From positions 9,548,001 through 9,612,000 of the forward strand of contig NC_045138.2 in assembly GCF_008831285.2 (NCBI RefSeq): 64,000 nt of DNA, written 5' to 3'. The notes under the pieces were generated by a model. The model was not told where the DNA came from. It was given only the letters and a program-made list of their open reading frames with translations, and searched no databases. The DNA comes from Nymphaea colorata. Taxonomy: Eukaryota. Shown piece by piece: positions 24,232-38,933 of the stretch. A program made the position numbers and the translations under genes. How positions within the stretch are numbered: position 1 is the stretch's first letter; each line of letters starts with the position of its first letter.

Positions 24232-27200
24232 ATGCTCGAGAATCCGGCTTCTGATCCCTCAATAAAGCGTTATACCCCTCCTGGCAGGTAACTCTCTCTC
24301 TCTCGCTCATTTTTTGGGTTGGTTTCGGTCTTGTGTGGAGAAATCGGCCGTTGGATGGAGTTGCATCTTCATGGTCGAACCAGCCCCTTTCTTTGCTTTG
24401 GGGTCTTGGAATTCCAATTTCCAGCAGGTATGCTAGATTCTGGGAACTGGGGCCGGCGGTTTAAACTGTTGAGAAACAATTTTAGCGGGATTCAAGTTAA
24501 TATTCGGACGATTTGTTTCTTCTTTTAGTTTTCTGAACTCAAATAACTTTTTGGGTTGAGGGGAGGGGACATTTAGTTTGCTTTTGCTTTTGCTTTGCCT
24601 CTTCCACGAATCCGGAGCGTTTTGGTATACCATCGTCTTAACTGTTCAGATGTTGAGTTATTGAATCTGTGAAGGTGACCATTTCCAATTTTGTAGCAGA
24701 GAAGCTACTTGATTTATTTGGCATTAATCTGTTTATTTCGACGAGTCCAACTTTTTGGCATCTGTTATAACCTTGGTAACTTGATAGGCAATACAAAGCT
24801 AACTGCTTCTTTTAGTATTTGTGATTCATCTTTGATTCGTTCTCCTTTGACTGTGTGTGCTTCTTCGGGTTCCACATTCAAGATCCATAACAAGGTGCCA
24901 AATCGTGCTCGATGGACCAATATCCGAGCCTTCCTTTAATAACGCCTTGCAAATATAGATTTCACTTAATGTACGACACCAGCATATAGATGTTACATAC
25001 CAAGAGGTATCACGTTTGGTCAAAATTTTGCTGAAGTTGGTCAGCTTCTCTTTTTTTTTTTTTTTGCTTCATTGTTCTTAACGTTCCATTGTTCCTTCAT
25101 TCTCTACTGTGTCCAGTTTTAAATGCAGAACGTTCCTCTAACACACAGACCCCGGATACCTGCATTCTCATGTTGCTGTTTCACAAGACGTTTCATGTCA
25201 TAGGAAGTGCTTTCATGGTGTCCCCTACATCTGTTTTTGTCGTTTGCATGATTTTTACTGGTTATCGTGAAACTCTTGTGCACTGAGCCTGCAATATATA
25301 GTGTCATATAAAATATGACTATGTGGCAGCTGTACTTGTTTCCATGTCTATTTCCTTTGTGCACGTGTGTCACGTGCATGTATCCTAGTTTTTACGATAT
25401 CCTCTTCTTGTCCCAGTAGGCAATGTTTTTGTCCCGTGTTTGTTTCTGTGTATATCTGAAAATATTTTTGGCTAGTTTTGATTGAATTCATTTACCCCGA
25501 TAAAACTTGGTGCACACTGAAATTCTAAAGCTGCCATCGTAAGTCGTCAACCTGCCCATATTCAAAATAGTTATAATGGAGGCTCAACGCTTGTGTCAGA
25601 TTTTTTTTTACCATATTGTCCTTTTATGTCTATTTTGTAGCTGCGGTCGTTTCTTCTTCATATAGTGGATCATGTTGTCAAGTTGTGTTTTTATGTCGAT
25701 GTTGTGGCTGCAGCTTTTTTTGTGAATAGCTGCAGTTGTTTCTTGTTCATGTAGTGCTCATGTTATCAAGTTGTGTTTGCTAGGCATTATTTTAATTTGT
25801 TCTGAATCATTGTTGCAGGAATCGCCTCCTGAATAGGCGCAAATCTTCAGGTCGGTTGCTAATTTTTTTGTCAATCAAGTTCTGACCTTTTAATACCTTG
25901 AGTATGTTTCTGCAAGCTTTTGATTTGTCATCCAAATGCTGCTAGTGCAGAAATGCTTATAATTTTTCATACACATACACAAACACAAACATGCATATAG
26001 TTTTGGTAAGAACTTGGGTTAGAGTAGAGCAATTGCCTGCCACTGAGCTGTTGTGTTGCATCCCTTAGGAATTCAGATATCGAGCATAATGCCAAAAAAG
26101 GTTATGAAAACTTGCTTTATTAAGAATTAGAGTAGTAACAAAATTAAGTTTTGTTGAAAAAGAGCCATAGCAGTGCTTCTTGAGCTATTAGTTTTTGGTC
26201 AGGCTCAAGCTTTGCCTTGCAGACTAGATCTGAGATTAATCCTCTCACATGGAGCTCTATTTGTAGCCCATCTGAGATGCTTTCATATATATATTTGTTA
26301 TTGCCTGTTTCTGTGAACTACATTTTTTATTGGTGATCTTCTAGTGTTGCATGTACGTAGCATATCATACAATATGTTATATGTTATATAACATAAGTAT
26401 GAATGAGAACTGTGGTGAATGTAGTTCATGTTCTGGGTAGGATATACTTGTTGGTTTGTTATGTTTATTTGATTCATGTTGTTTTAACTGTGAAGATTTC
26501 TCCCCTATTTTTCCTAATCTCTTCTGATTATTTTATATTTTTTTCTGAAAATTTCAATATGCTTTGTAACTTTTTAATTTCAAAAAGTTTATTTGTGATT
26601 TTTTTGTCATGTTGCATATCTAACTTTGGACCCGACTAATATAGTTTACATTATGCGTTTACAGCATTTGGTTCTTCACTAGTTGACTTTTGTGTCTACA
26701 TGCTCTCCTACTGTCTATTTGACTGTCGAAGCTTGTGCTCTACTTTTAAATAACCTCTATGAATTTATGCAAAGCTGTCATTATTTATGCTAGTTAGTAG
26801 ACCTTGTGCACAAGTAGGCTAATGTCGATTACCACTGAGTTTTTTGCCATTTGATGTCTATCTCTTACATATTCTGCTGAGTGTTTTGATGTCATAGTGT
26901 CAATCTTTTCTTATGGAGTACCATGTTATTGCTTTCCTTATCCTGTTGGATGGATATATATTTCGAGTAGTGATAGTAGATCTGTTTTTTGGAAACACTA
27001 GGGCACACTTGCATATAGATTGTCCAGTGTAGCCTCATAGCAGGCTACTTTTGAACTCCACAAGCAATGTTTATTAGAGTTGTCTTGTCTTTTCACTTCT
27101 GTGAGTTCATCTGCTTGGCAATGTGGGCAGATCGATTTGACAGAATAAACAACTCTCAGAGCAATGAAGGAGAAAAAGGCTCGTCTACTTTCAGAAATAC

Positions 27201-30200
27201 ATCTGCCGCTGATCATGGAGATTCTGTTAGCTGCAACTATCAAAGCGAGAGTTCAAATTCAGGGTTTATTGTTGTTGAGGGATGTAGTAGCAGCGAGGCT
27301 GTGCAACTAATGGTTGAACGTATGTCCACACCTTCATAATCGTGAACAAATTGTTTTACTATTAACTGGATTCCTGACATGGTTAACTGCTGGCTGAATA
27401 GGATTGTCATTTGTATGATCTCTTGCAGAATATGCACTTGAATTTCCTTTATGATCAGCACTATCTTTCATGTATTGCTTTATGAAAATGTAAAAGAGAG
27501 TTTTGCTTCGGTACAGCCTCGCTCAGTAAAGAAAAGTAGATAATATCATCTGTTTAAAGATAGTCCACTTATAGTATCTCACTGGATGTAAATTTGGCTG
27601 CTTGTTCCCAATATCCTAGAGATATGTTCAATTCTTTAAACTAGATATGCTGGAGGATACTAGCTGATTTTTCACCAATGCTTTGGAACGGGGATCATTG
27701 ACTATTCAAGGGTTTAGCTACTGAAAGACCAGAATTTTGAAAAGAATTTTCCTAAGCTAAGGGACTTTTGTGCTGTCTTTGTATTGTTCACTTTATGCTC
27801 AAATTATCTTAGTCTCTCTTTTAAATTTTAATGCTTTCTTGAGACAGGTTGGGCAGTGGCTATGGACTCCTATAATGATCCATCAATAGGAATAACAGGT
27901 ATTTGTCTTTTACATGTTTTCTGCTATGAAAGTTAGGGATATGTTACGCTCTGTCAGAAGGCTAATCTAGACAGCACTCGTGCTTAGGTCTACACATTCA
28001 TGATTTATCAAACAAAAAATGCAACATGTTGCTGTTATTATTGTCGAGGGGTTCCATGCCATTCCAACCATTAATACTTTCGATAACCTTTTCCTGATTG
28101 ACTTCACCTAAAGTTGATCTTGAGTTGTTGACAATATGAGATAGGATGCATGCATTAGTTTATTGTGAATTGATCCCAAAAATATGTAAGTGAGTCTCTT
28201 TTTTCCCCATAAAACTCTGTTCTTTAATCTAGTAGAATAAATGTCTGAAGACTGTGTACAAGACATTTGCCCCTGTTATGGTTTTTAAAGTTTTACCTCA
28301 CTAGGAATGTGTGAACAAAATTAGCAGCTATGAGTCCTTGAGCTCAACTGTCTTCAGATTTTTTTCTATCCTTAGAATATCTCTTCTTGGGAATCACAAT
28401 TTTCAACAAATTACTGTCTTCACTTTCATGTCTATATTCTGAAGTCTTCTTCAATTTTGCTTATTTGAGATACGAATTTGTGACACTTGCATCCCTCAGT
28501 AATCTCGATTGTTTTTGCTTTTAATCAGAAAATCTTTACTTTCTATGTTTTTTTGTCATCCTCAATACATTTGGTTGTCACTCAGTAAGCAATTTCATTA
28601 GCTCTCAAGATGAAGTGGTTATAAGAACGTCTATTAGGTAAAACTTTCCATGCTAAGGGAAAAGGACAAGATGAGAAGAAATTTTCCATGCTAAGGGTAA
28701 AAGACAAGATGAGAAGAAATAGCTTTTCTTTTCTTGAGGAACAATCTATGTTACCTAGGTACTAGTACGGCTATGTCACATGAGTGTGGGGTGCGGGTGT
28801 GGGTGCAGATGCAAGTGCTGGTCTGGTGTATCCCCAAAAATTTGGGTGCCAGGGTGCAACGAGGTGTATATATATATACATAATATTTATTTTATGTATA
28901 CAAATGTATGTATTCATAATATATATAATTTTAGCTTGTTTTTTAGCTTAATCACTCTTTTTTTTTTACTTTTATTACTGTACATAAAGAAAGAAAGGGT
29001 CAGAGAGAAGAAGAATAGAAAATATTTTGAACTTGCATAGAAAAGAATGTAGTTGGGATGCGTGTCAAAGCAGCACCCGTATCAGCACCAGCACTTGTCG
29101 ACATGGGTGCGGTTCCTTTTTTTGAAGAGTCCATGTGACATAGGTGTACGTATAGGTACAGTGTGCGGGTGTGGTACAGACCATTCTCAAAAAACTTGGG
29201 TGTGCTGGTATGGCCGTACAAACACACACACACACACAGACAAGCGTATGTGTGTGTGTGTCTATATATATATATATATATTGGAATTCAAACAAACAGA
29301 ATAGCATATTCATAAATCATGATCCAAAATAAATTGATAGATACTATGCATAAGTGCATAGATGCAGGTCCAACGATGTTGACTGAAAAACGCACAAATC
29401 AGGTTATCTCTGGTGGACCAGAAAAACACACAAATCAGGCAACAATGGTTTATTTCAGTGTGTGAACCATAAACATAGCAGTTCAAATCGAAGAAAGGGA
29501 TAGTGGCAGAAATAAAGAAGTCGACGGATGATGAAAATACTTGTCACCGGTCAATAGGAAAGGCTGTTGGACGATGGGTGAGGCTGTCGGAGATGGAAAA
29601 AGCTTAAACGTTGGACAGAGAAAAAAAAACACCCAAATCAGGCGATGAACCAGCCCGATGATGCTTGAATACCATAGCAAGGGCATCGCCTTTCGCCGGA
29701 GAAGTCGCCGTTCACCGGAATACTTGATCACGTGGTGGAAAATGGACGGAGGTCGCCGGAGTTTCCCTTATTGTTTACTTGAACAGTGGGCATTGCTGGT
29801 TGCTGTGGGTGAAAAGCAGATGCTGCGTTTTCTTTAAAGTTAAAAAAAACAAAGAAAAAAAAAAAAGAAAACATAAACCCTAACCTGTGGACAATTTTGG
29901 ATTCGGTCAACTTTGACCGAGTTCAAAAATTGATGGATACGTACTCGGGTACATTGACCGTATGCCGATACCCATATCAGTATCGTACCGGTGCGGTACG
30001 GGTACTCCTCCTTAAGAGCAGTACCCGTGTTACATAGAGAACATTGTTTTCTTTTTTGCATCTGACAATGTTCTAATTAGTCACAAATAATGTCTTGGAG
30101 TTTTAAACGGTGAGGTTTTTTTCGGGGAGGTTTTTTTTCGGGTATAATACTGTGAGCTTAAAAAAAACGGAAAAAATATAGTAAATTTTTTAAAAATTTA

Positions 30201-30993
30201 AAAAACTAAAAATGAGAGAAAAATAAAATAAGCGAGAAACTAATAGGACAAACTTCAAAAGATAAGTAGATTTGCAACAAATAAAAAACATAAAATGAAA
30301 AAAACCGTTTAGCATTAAAAAAAACTGAAAGAATGAAAAAAGTGAAAAAACGTAAAAACGTTTTTTTTTTAGTTTTGAACGGCCATTTAATTTAACGCAT
30401 TTTTTTTTTGTTTTTTTCAAAAAAAAAACGCCTTTTTTGTGACTATGGACATCTAAATGTCAATTTTCATCTCGTATTCAGAACCTTGGAAAACCATACT
30501 TGTTGCAAATATGCATCGGCTTATATCTGATGATTTTCTGTGTTCGTTTAAAAATGACAATGAAAATATTTAATCGGATAAAAATGCTCATTTTTCCAGC
30601 CCTTATGTCACTTTATGGCCAATACTTATGCATATCAGCTGATATGCATTCAATTCTGGATGTTGGTATGTTTTATATCATTTACCATGGTTCTTGTCTT
30701 TGTACTTTTAAGCATCGCAGCTGATGCTGGTTTTGGTGTTCACGGTGTAGAAAAACCAGTTATATACTCGGGCTCTAGCGGATCAGCATGGGGATCCGTA
30801 AAGCTACCCCATCAGGTCTGTTCCTTTGATCAGCTATGTTTTGTTTCTGTCTTTTGGTTGACCCTTTGAGCCTGCCATGATATGTTTCTATCTGCAGATG
30901 GACTTCCTAGCTGAACTCCGTCGAGCAATTCAAATGGCAAATGCGCAATCTGCCAATACTGGGTCCAGAGATTCACCCCCTGGGAGAAGTTGA
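24232..30993 (+). CDS. Conserved plant protein of unknown function (162 aa, or 172 aa with the upstream acceptor)
   Basis: Exons 24232-24287, 25819-25850, 27131-27319, 27848-27898, 30751(or 30721)-30815, 30898-30993; all GT-AG, phases consistent. Product MLENPASDPSIKRYTPPGRNRLLNRRKSSDRF...AVQLMVERWAVAMDSYNDPS...EKPVIYSGSSGSAWGSVKLPHQMDFLAELRRA. Confidence 0.85.
28746..30037. mobile_element. hAT-type element (family A) with a nested family-A MITE at 28771-29143
   Basis: Outer termini CTATGTTAC...GTTACATAG, flanks GGAACAAT / AGAACATT. Inner termini CTATGTCACAT...ATGTGACATAG. Confidence 0.7.
30076..30447. mobile_element. AT-rich MITE (family B)
   Basis: TAGTCACAAA...TTTGTGACTATG termini; homologous in reverse complement to 43107-43514. 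Confidence 0.7.
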
Positions 30994-33595
30994 TGTCCTC
31001 AAAGATGAAATTGTCATGATAAGGAAGTTACTCAAAAGTGGTCCTCCTGGATTAAGATCAGATGCCCATTTTCTTTTGATCAGTCATTCATGAATATGCT
31101 TAGATGATATGCTGTCAAGAAGAGAAGTCTATGTTTGTCATTGTCTAAAATCTATGGAGATTGTGCCAGCTTGCTTAATGCCTGAGCGAGCAGAGATGCC
31201 AATCTATAATTATGATGCAGCAGAATCAACTGCTACAACTGTTACAAAATTCTTCTGTATTCCTTGTTCTGGACATTCAATGTGTTTGGCAAGGTGGTTC
31301 CGTCAACAGCCGGAAGACTGCAGTCAAAATTTGATCCGTTTTCTCTTCATATAAATTCTAGTTTTTCTTTCTTTTTTTCAAAATGTGAACTTCAAAGATG
31401 GTCATGGTAGTCTGAATGGAGAATGGAGATGAGCCTCTGTCGTCCCAAATCTACATATTGGGAGAGTGCTGTTCACTATCACGGGTTTTGGTTCCATCTC
31501 TTCTCATCTATCCAGCTTCAGACACGGCCTTAAGGTTCTTGCGTGATATGATCTTGATTTGTCTCAACAGGCCGTATCCATTGGTAGTCTTGTAACTGCT
31601 AACCAGAATTTTCGTGCTACAATTGATGAGGATGTAGATGTAATTCATGGGAAGGTACAACTGACCTCTCGCAGGTCAGTGCAGGTCATATGTTAAGTCC
31701 CCTAACATGTCACAGTGGGGTTAGGGGCTGGAAATGACAAACATACCCTTGATAGCAATCTAGAAGTGACAAAATTGAGATCTGAAAAAAAGACTGAATA
31801 AGAAGATGAAAAACACCCCTATGATGAAGTGGTAGAACACGGTTCTCATGTAAGCCACCTTAACACCGATTCACTAGTTCGGCCCTTGCCATGCTTACCT
31901 GGGTAAATGTTCAAGTGTCTATTTACGGGCGCAGGTTAATTGTGAATAGGTTTCTCATCCCAAGCGAAGGTTTTCTGTTACAAAAGCGTGTGAAGGAACC
32001 AAATTTGACAGCTTGAAACTTCTAACATGCTTGCTTTTTCCTTCAGAGCATCCCGAGATTTTCTCATGCAAAAGTTAGAATTAAAGAAGAGGAATGGTGC
32101 ATGACTGCTAGGGAAGAGGGCTCGGTTGCCTTTTATTACTTAACCATACAGAAATCCCCGCAAGCTTCTACTTAGATCTCTCTTTGTTTCTTTTCAGTCT
32201 CTTTTTGCTTTTCTTGAGGTGTCTGTTGATTGCATAGATTTGTTAATAAAAACTGCTTGAATATTCATTACCTTGTTAAAATCCAAATTGAGAGTACTTG
32301 ATATTTTGTTTATGAGAGGGTCCTAATGTAAATAATAGCAGAGCTACTTCTTAATAAGTATAGACCCGGCCACCCCTATCACTTGAGAAGCATTGTCTCC
32401 AGTAAGTGCATGAAAAGAAAACTCATGCGTATGGTTTTGGATTCACTTCTGCCTCTTCATGTGTTTCCACCTCTATAGCTTCATTTTCAGTTTCATCTGT
32501 CAAGCATATGTAAAAACTTTTGTAAGTGTTCCTTGCAGTCCATTTTTCATCACATTGGAAACACAGTTTTCTACCTATCTTATCTTTAATCTGTTATGGA
32601 CTAGGTTTTTTAACTAAGATTTGCTTACTTGTATGTACATTCTTAACAGGCTGCATGACATCAGTGGAATCCTTATGGTTTGCAGTCAGTCTGCTGATTG
32701 GATCACGTGGAGACATCCCTTTCTCAAACCCAATTCCCTACATATGGTACTTCTCCTCGGCTTTTAGCCAACTCGAAGCTCTCTAGAAGGGACTGTGAAT
32801 GAGCTTCTTGACATCAATTTGGCTATCCTCATGCAGTCCGCCAATAAACACCTTTTGTAGTAGTCAGTCATGAACCATAGTATTGATCTCGTTGAATTCA
32901 GTTTGATACCCAATGGATTCCCTCTACTGAATTTTTGACAACTCAGCATTATAATCTAAATAGCCAAATGGATCGAAGCGTGCCACTAGTGTCTTCACGA
33001 ACTGGTGACATGAGGGTTTGCCTTGCTAGGCAATGAGGCAGAAGTATCATATGATTGTGCCTTTAAGATGGACAGTAACATGGGCTACGTATTGCTCCAC
33101 TGGAATATTTTGACATTTAAAGTACTGCATTGCTTGAGAGGCCCATACGAGTGGGTCTTAACCTGAAAAACATGGGAAGTCCATTTCCAGCGATTTCAAT
33201 GAAAACGTATATTCCCCATTGCAAGATGAACTAGGCAGTGGCTAATATTCGTTTTTGTGCTATGTAAGCAGATGGTGGAATGGAGGACATTGATTGTGGT
33301 GGGTTCTTTTTGCGCCTACATGATTATGAGACAATGAGGCATTGTCAGCAACTGTGCGATGATTGGTATTGGTCTGGACTTCTCTAACATGTGTGGTGAG
33401 CATTTGTTCTTTTCTCATTGGTTTGGAGTCACTAATTAATGTCTATTATTCACTGACCATGTTGTTGTAGTTCATCTCCATGAATTCCATATAACTATTC
33501 AACCATCTGCTGAGCCTCCTCATTCTGGTTGTGGAACGTCTCCGATGCAGGGGGAGCTTCCTTACCTACCATGGCATGCAGAGCGATGATCGAAG

Positions 33596-36500
33596 GTTTT
33601 GATACCATTTTGTTATCTGCCGCACCTACAAGGTCACCTAGAAGTCAGAGTTATGAAGAAAGAAATCTAAACACATTTGAGCCCCAAGTGAGCGGAAAAG
33701 CCGATCATAAGGGTTTCTCTTTCATTAACAATCACATAAGAAAGCAAGGTCACCCAACCTAATATTTATATGGTAATTTCATTCAAATATTGTTATTTGG
33801 GGGTGGCACAAACAAAATTTAAAGTGGTAATGGAGAATGACAATTCTTTGCGATGTAAGGGTTGTTGTCCATAAGAAATGTTAGGATGGGAGGAGCACAT
33901 TTGTTTTGGGGATGCAATGACTGAGAGGACTTGGAGTATAGAATGAAATTTTGTGGACATGAAAATAAAATGTAGGGGTATGTGAACACCGCAAATTTTT
34001 CCTTTCAAAATGACCATTTAACCTCTATGTCATCTGTTTTACTATTGTTCTTTGGCACATTTCCGACTTGTTTGGTTTGTGGCTCTAGGGCAAAGTCAGA
34101 TAATCCCATCAAGCATCCCTAGTAGGGTCTGCCATAACTTGAAACCTAGAAAAACCCCAACCCAAGGGCAACCCCAGGTCACGTCCAAAATAGCTTATGT
34201 CAACTTCAGTCGGCTAATTAGCCCATCGGAACCTAGGAAAACCCTAGCTCCCTAGGTCAACCCCATGTTTATTTGACCATTTGCCCCTAGACCCTTCATT
34301 TTGACATAATTTCATAGGAAGACTGCAAAAGCCTTCAGAATCATTTGTCACTAGATGGATTCCATCCATCCAAGTGCCCCCAAAGCAATCAGAATGAAGT
34401 CGCCGCCTAATTTTAGCCAAAAATGGTCCGTTTACCATAAATTTCAACCATTTTATGTCACTTGAACATGTGCAACTCTAATCAAACCACGTTTGAATCT
34501 CCTTAGAACTAGCTGATAATTTTCAGTGCGCTTCCCAGTTCTAGTACCTAAATTCCAGATTTAGAGCGATCATTTCTACAAAATGATTGTCCATTTCTAC
34601 CTGATTTGAGCTAGTCATCTCGAACCAAGCTGGAAACATATTCTTCAGGGCATGATCTGAGAATTGTTGAGATCAGTTTGAGTAATTCTACCTTTGATTG
34701 AACATAATTTTGATTTTTTAGTTACTTAGGAGTGTCCATGCCTGCACACTGTCACTAGTGGCTTTAGCACTCATTCTTGAGCAATTCGTAAACCTAATTT
34801 TCTATTTCTTCATGTAGGTGCTCTCAGGATCACTCAACCAAAGTAATATTGAAGTCAGTTGCCTTAGACAAGTTCAAATCAACCCTTCCATCTTGTCATT
34901 CCATTTTATTAATTTACAGGTTCAATTTCATGCTTGTCATTTTGCAAAAATACAAATTTTTATGGGCAAATGTTGGAAATTTTCCACCAAACATGCTTAA
35001 AACCAAACCTAGCCCATGGTCTGGTGCAGGCAGCCTACCGACACAGGCTTGCAGAGCCCAATTTCTACACCAGTGGCAAAGTTGTTGAAAACTGATATGT
35101 GCATTATTTCTCATGTATCTAAGTTTGGACTTGCATAAACCTAAATTAGAATCACCCAAGCCTTAAATGGAGCCCAGTAGGCTCACATAGGGCTTGAGCC
35201 TACCTAGGACCAGGCCTAGCAAAAAACTGAACCCAGTGAATGAACAACTATAGACACCCTAAATTTTTTGTTGCCAAAATGGCCATTTTCCCATTTTAAT
35301 GAAGATTTTGTGTTGATTTTCTCAAATGTTTTTTTTTTTTTCAAATACCAAGGCCAAAAGATCACACAAACAGAAATTCATAATCCTAATGTCAGGCAGC
35401 TAGACCTAGATCACTCAGCTTACTACCAATCAAAAAATGACCATTTTACCTTTGGTCATTCCCATTTCACCCAATTTTCATGAAACAACTATGGAACATC
35501 TGAGAATTATGTTTTACCAACCCAATCACAAAAATTCTCAAATTTATAGATCACTATGAGCTTCCACAACCCATTGTCTAGCTCACATTTAATCAAATTT
35601 GAAGTAAAATGGTCAATTTTTGTTGTTTTCGGCAATTTCTTCACACTAGAACATCTATTGACCTCACCATCTTTACATTCAAATCTTTTTTAGTGTCAAC
35701 AGATATTTTCAGTGATACCTTCAATTTTCAAGGCCAAATTCCAATCACAAACCTTCAATTTCCCTTCATTTCAGTTGAAATGATCTCACTTAATCATTTG
35801 GATAATCCTAAGTAAGAACACCCTATCAATCCCCGTGAAGCTCATGTATACTTTTTTCAATATCTATTTTCAAAGTTAATTTTTGCTCACTTATCTTAAC
35901 TTAAGCTTTAGAGAGTTGTCCTGACACCAAACTCACTCTCTCTCATTTAATTTGAGTGTCTTAGTTGAAATTCTCTTAATCAAAATTTTCTTAATCTATG
36001 GCTAGTCATCCCATGTTATGTGGGCAACATGCTCCTTAGTGTTTGAATTGACTATTTTAAGCTCCATTCTAGTTAATTCATTTTCATTTGAATCCAGTTC
36101 ATTGTCCATATCCACTCATTTCTCTCACATATCTAGAGAGCTCAGTCTCATCTAAAACTTCAAAGCTAATTCTCATAATCTAGAAGTTAGATTTGTGATT
36201 TCTTTGCATCAATGCGATCAGATATAGAGTATTATCATCTTCACTTTAGAAAGATCACACAATATATCATTACCCTGAATTTCCCTATCTTGTTTGAATG
36301 ATTGAATCTAGACACTCTCTCTTGTGGCTTCGGAGCTAAATTCTAATCAAACTGAGATCCTTAGATTTCAATTTAGAGCATGTCAGTAGATTCAACATCA
36401 CTTGAAAAGAGTATCAATGTGTCCATTTCTCATAAACAAGATCGAAATCCTTGTTTTACATTTTACCTTCTACATTTCAATTTTTTACCTTGGTCCAATT

Positions 36501-37498
36501 TGATAATGTGTGATTTTCAAGGGAAAATCAAGTCATTTTCTCATGAAACTTCATACGAGCATATATTTCGGTCTTGTTCATGATTTTGCATAGTTTGATA
36601 CACAATGACTCGTAGAACATGGTTTTTATGCTAGGAGTAAAACTGTCATTTGGAAAATGTTCAACATTTTTATATTTCCCTAAGTTAGGAGCCACATAAA
36701 CCTAACTTACATGCTTTATATGTCAGGCCTGAGCCCAACATGGCTAACACAGCCTCTGAACTCATCTTGAATCCAGTTCAGGTGAAAACCTAACTCAGGC
36801 AACTCAGTTTGACTTAAAAGTGAAACCAATTGACCTGAACCCAACCTGGTCCTGCATCCAACCCCATCCAAACACGAAAAATGCCCAAGTCAATGACTCG
36901 TAAAACATGGTTTTTGTGCCAAGAGCAAAACTATCATTTGGTAATTGTGCATCAATTTCATATTTTTCTAGGTTAGGAGCCACATGAACCTAACTTGCAC
37001 ATTTCATATGCCAGACTTGAGCCCAACATGGCTCACGCAGGGTTTGAATTCATCTTGAATACACTTCAACTCAAAACCTAACTCGGTCAAATTAGTTTGA
37101 CCTAAGCTGAACCCAATTGACTTGAACTTAGGCTGGACATACATCCAACCCCATCCAAACACAAAACAAGCCAAGGTCAACCTCCTAACACTGAGTTTGA
37201 ACTCATTGAGCCTAGGTCCTGTGCCTAGATATCAGATCTTGATTTTTGAACTCCAAATCTGCAATGTGGATTTATGGTCTACATGATTTCAGATCTGGAT
37301 CTCATTTCTGATATCTAGAATCACTTTTTTCAATCAAGAGCATGATCTTAACCTCTGATCTAAAATCCAAATGCATATTCAGAATTCGAATCAAAATCCA
37401 AATCAAGCATCAGATCTCTAATTCAATGCTCTATTTTGATCCATCCTGAGCAAATACGATTACGGCCAAACATCTCATGGCTGGCCAGGGTTTTATCA
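33596..37498 (-). mobile_element. Long (~3.9 kb) LTR with adjacent PBS; truncated LTR retrotransposon
   Basis: Minus strand reads ...GATAACA-AAA-TGGTATCAAAAC (PBS at 33596-33607, LTR end at 33611). Candidate other end TGATAAAACCC at 37498. Non-coding, with an internal 288-bp duplication. Confidence 0.55.
36604..37180. repeat. Diverged 288-bp tandem duplication inside the long LTR
   Basis: AATGACTCGTAGAACATGG at 36604 and AATGACTCGTAAAACATGG at 36892; both copies end in CATCCAACCCCATCCAAACAC. Confidence 0.85.
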
Positions 37499-38933
37499 TT
37501 TTCCAAAAGGGTCGCCCCTGGCCACTATTAATTATGCATGTCCTTTGCTTGTGGATGCAGACATATTGTCGAACCACATACATTTTGTGTTTTAATGTTT
37601 AGATTTTATGCCTTATAGGTTTTTTCTTCTTGTTTGATAGTTTGGTTGGTGGTTTATTTTGATTCAATTGTGGTTTTGTCTTAACATTCCTCACACTACT
37701 TGACAATAATTAGAGGAGAGCTTATATCGAGTTTTCCAACCAGGTAGATTGTGATCCATCTTTTTTTGTCTTGATTACAACCAAGACTTTGTGCCTCTGT
37801 GCACTATGCTTTTGCTTTCACTCAACCCAAGCACATTGCTTGTTTTTTATTCTTTTGATGAAACCTTACCAGACCACCACCCAACTTCGTTGCTTGTATG
37901 CTTGGACAAACATAGATGGCTGGGATAGCTTACCCAACCTATTTTGTTTTGCATTTTCATTTCCCTTATTGAGGGTTAACCTAAACCTATGCTTGGAATA
38001 TAGTTGTCCACACAATAATAAGGGATGTATGTATTTTTGAGGAGAGAGAAACCATGGTGTATTTATAAAAGAGTGATTTTATTTTGGCAACCCTTTTCCT
38101 GTAAAAGAAATGAATTGATTTTATAGAATTCCAAAGAAATTCTTCAACCTTTTCTAGAAACATATGATTATTGATCATCTTTTCACATTTTAAAAATAAT
38201 CTACATGTTGAAGAATATCCACAAGGGTATTTCTGAAGTTGATATGATTCTTTGTTTTGTATATTTTATTTGAAGAGAGGAATGATCCCAAAGAATCGAT
38301 CTTTCTTTTTTGTGTTGGATCTCTAATTGATTGATGAAATTATACAAAATTATTCTTCCTATGTGTTACAAATTATTATTCAATTATAGACACTAACAAA
38401 AATGAAGAAACAAAATCTGTATTTGTGGATTCTCCAGAATGGATTCATAATAAGAAAATGTTCTTTGTATTGGCTCTTTTTCACACTTTATATCAAAAGT
38501 TACTTTGTCCATGACTGGATACTTTTATCCTTAATTTTGAAAATAATAAGAAAAATGTCTTCCCTAGAGGCTGGGCGTCATCATTGTTTTCACCAGGAAA
38601 GATCTTATGACAGAGGATGAACCCTTTTAGTGGCATGTTTTGATCCTTTTCCCCATTACTCAAAAAAAAGTGAGCTACAATTTCAAATACAAGATACCAC
38701 CATTATGCCTGGACAATTAGACATCCAATCCGTAATGGCAATGAGAGGCTCTACTAACTAAGCTATATTCTCCAAGCGAAGTGGAGCATGCATGGAGTCA
38801 AATGCTTCTTCTATTATTTTTCATGGCATACTTAGGCCATCCAGGATTTGAACTAGATATAATTAGCATATCTTCTGAGAATCTAGGATCAAACTCCTCT
38901 TTTGGCCTTGATTGGGCTTCTCAAACATACTAG

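Noticed and set aside
27164..27310. Overlapping 48-aa ORF MKEKKARLL... resembling DVL/RTFL peptides
   Set aside because: Lacks the YIIRRC...LLCW core; it is an alternative frame of a real exon.
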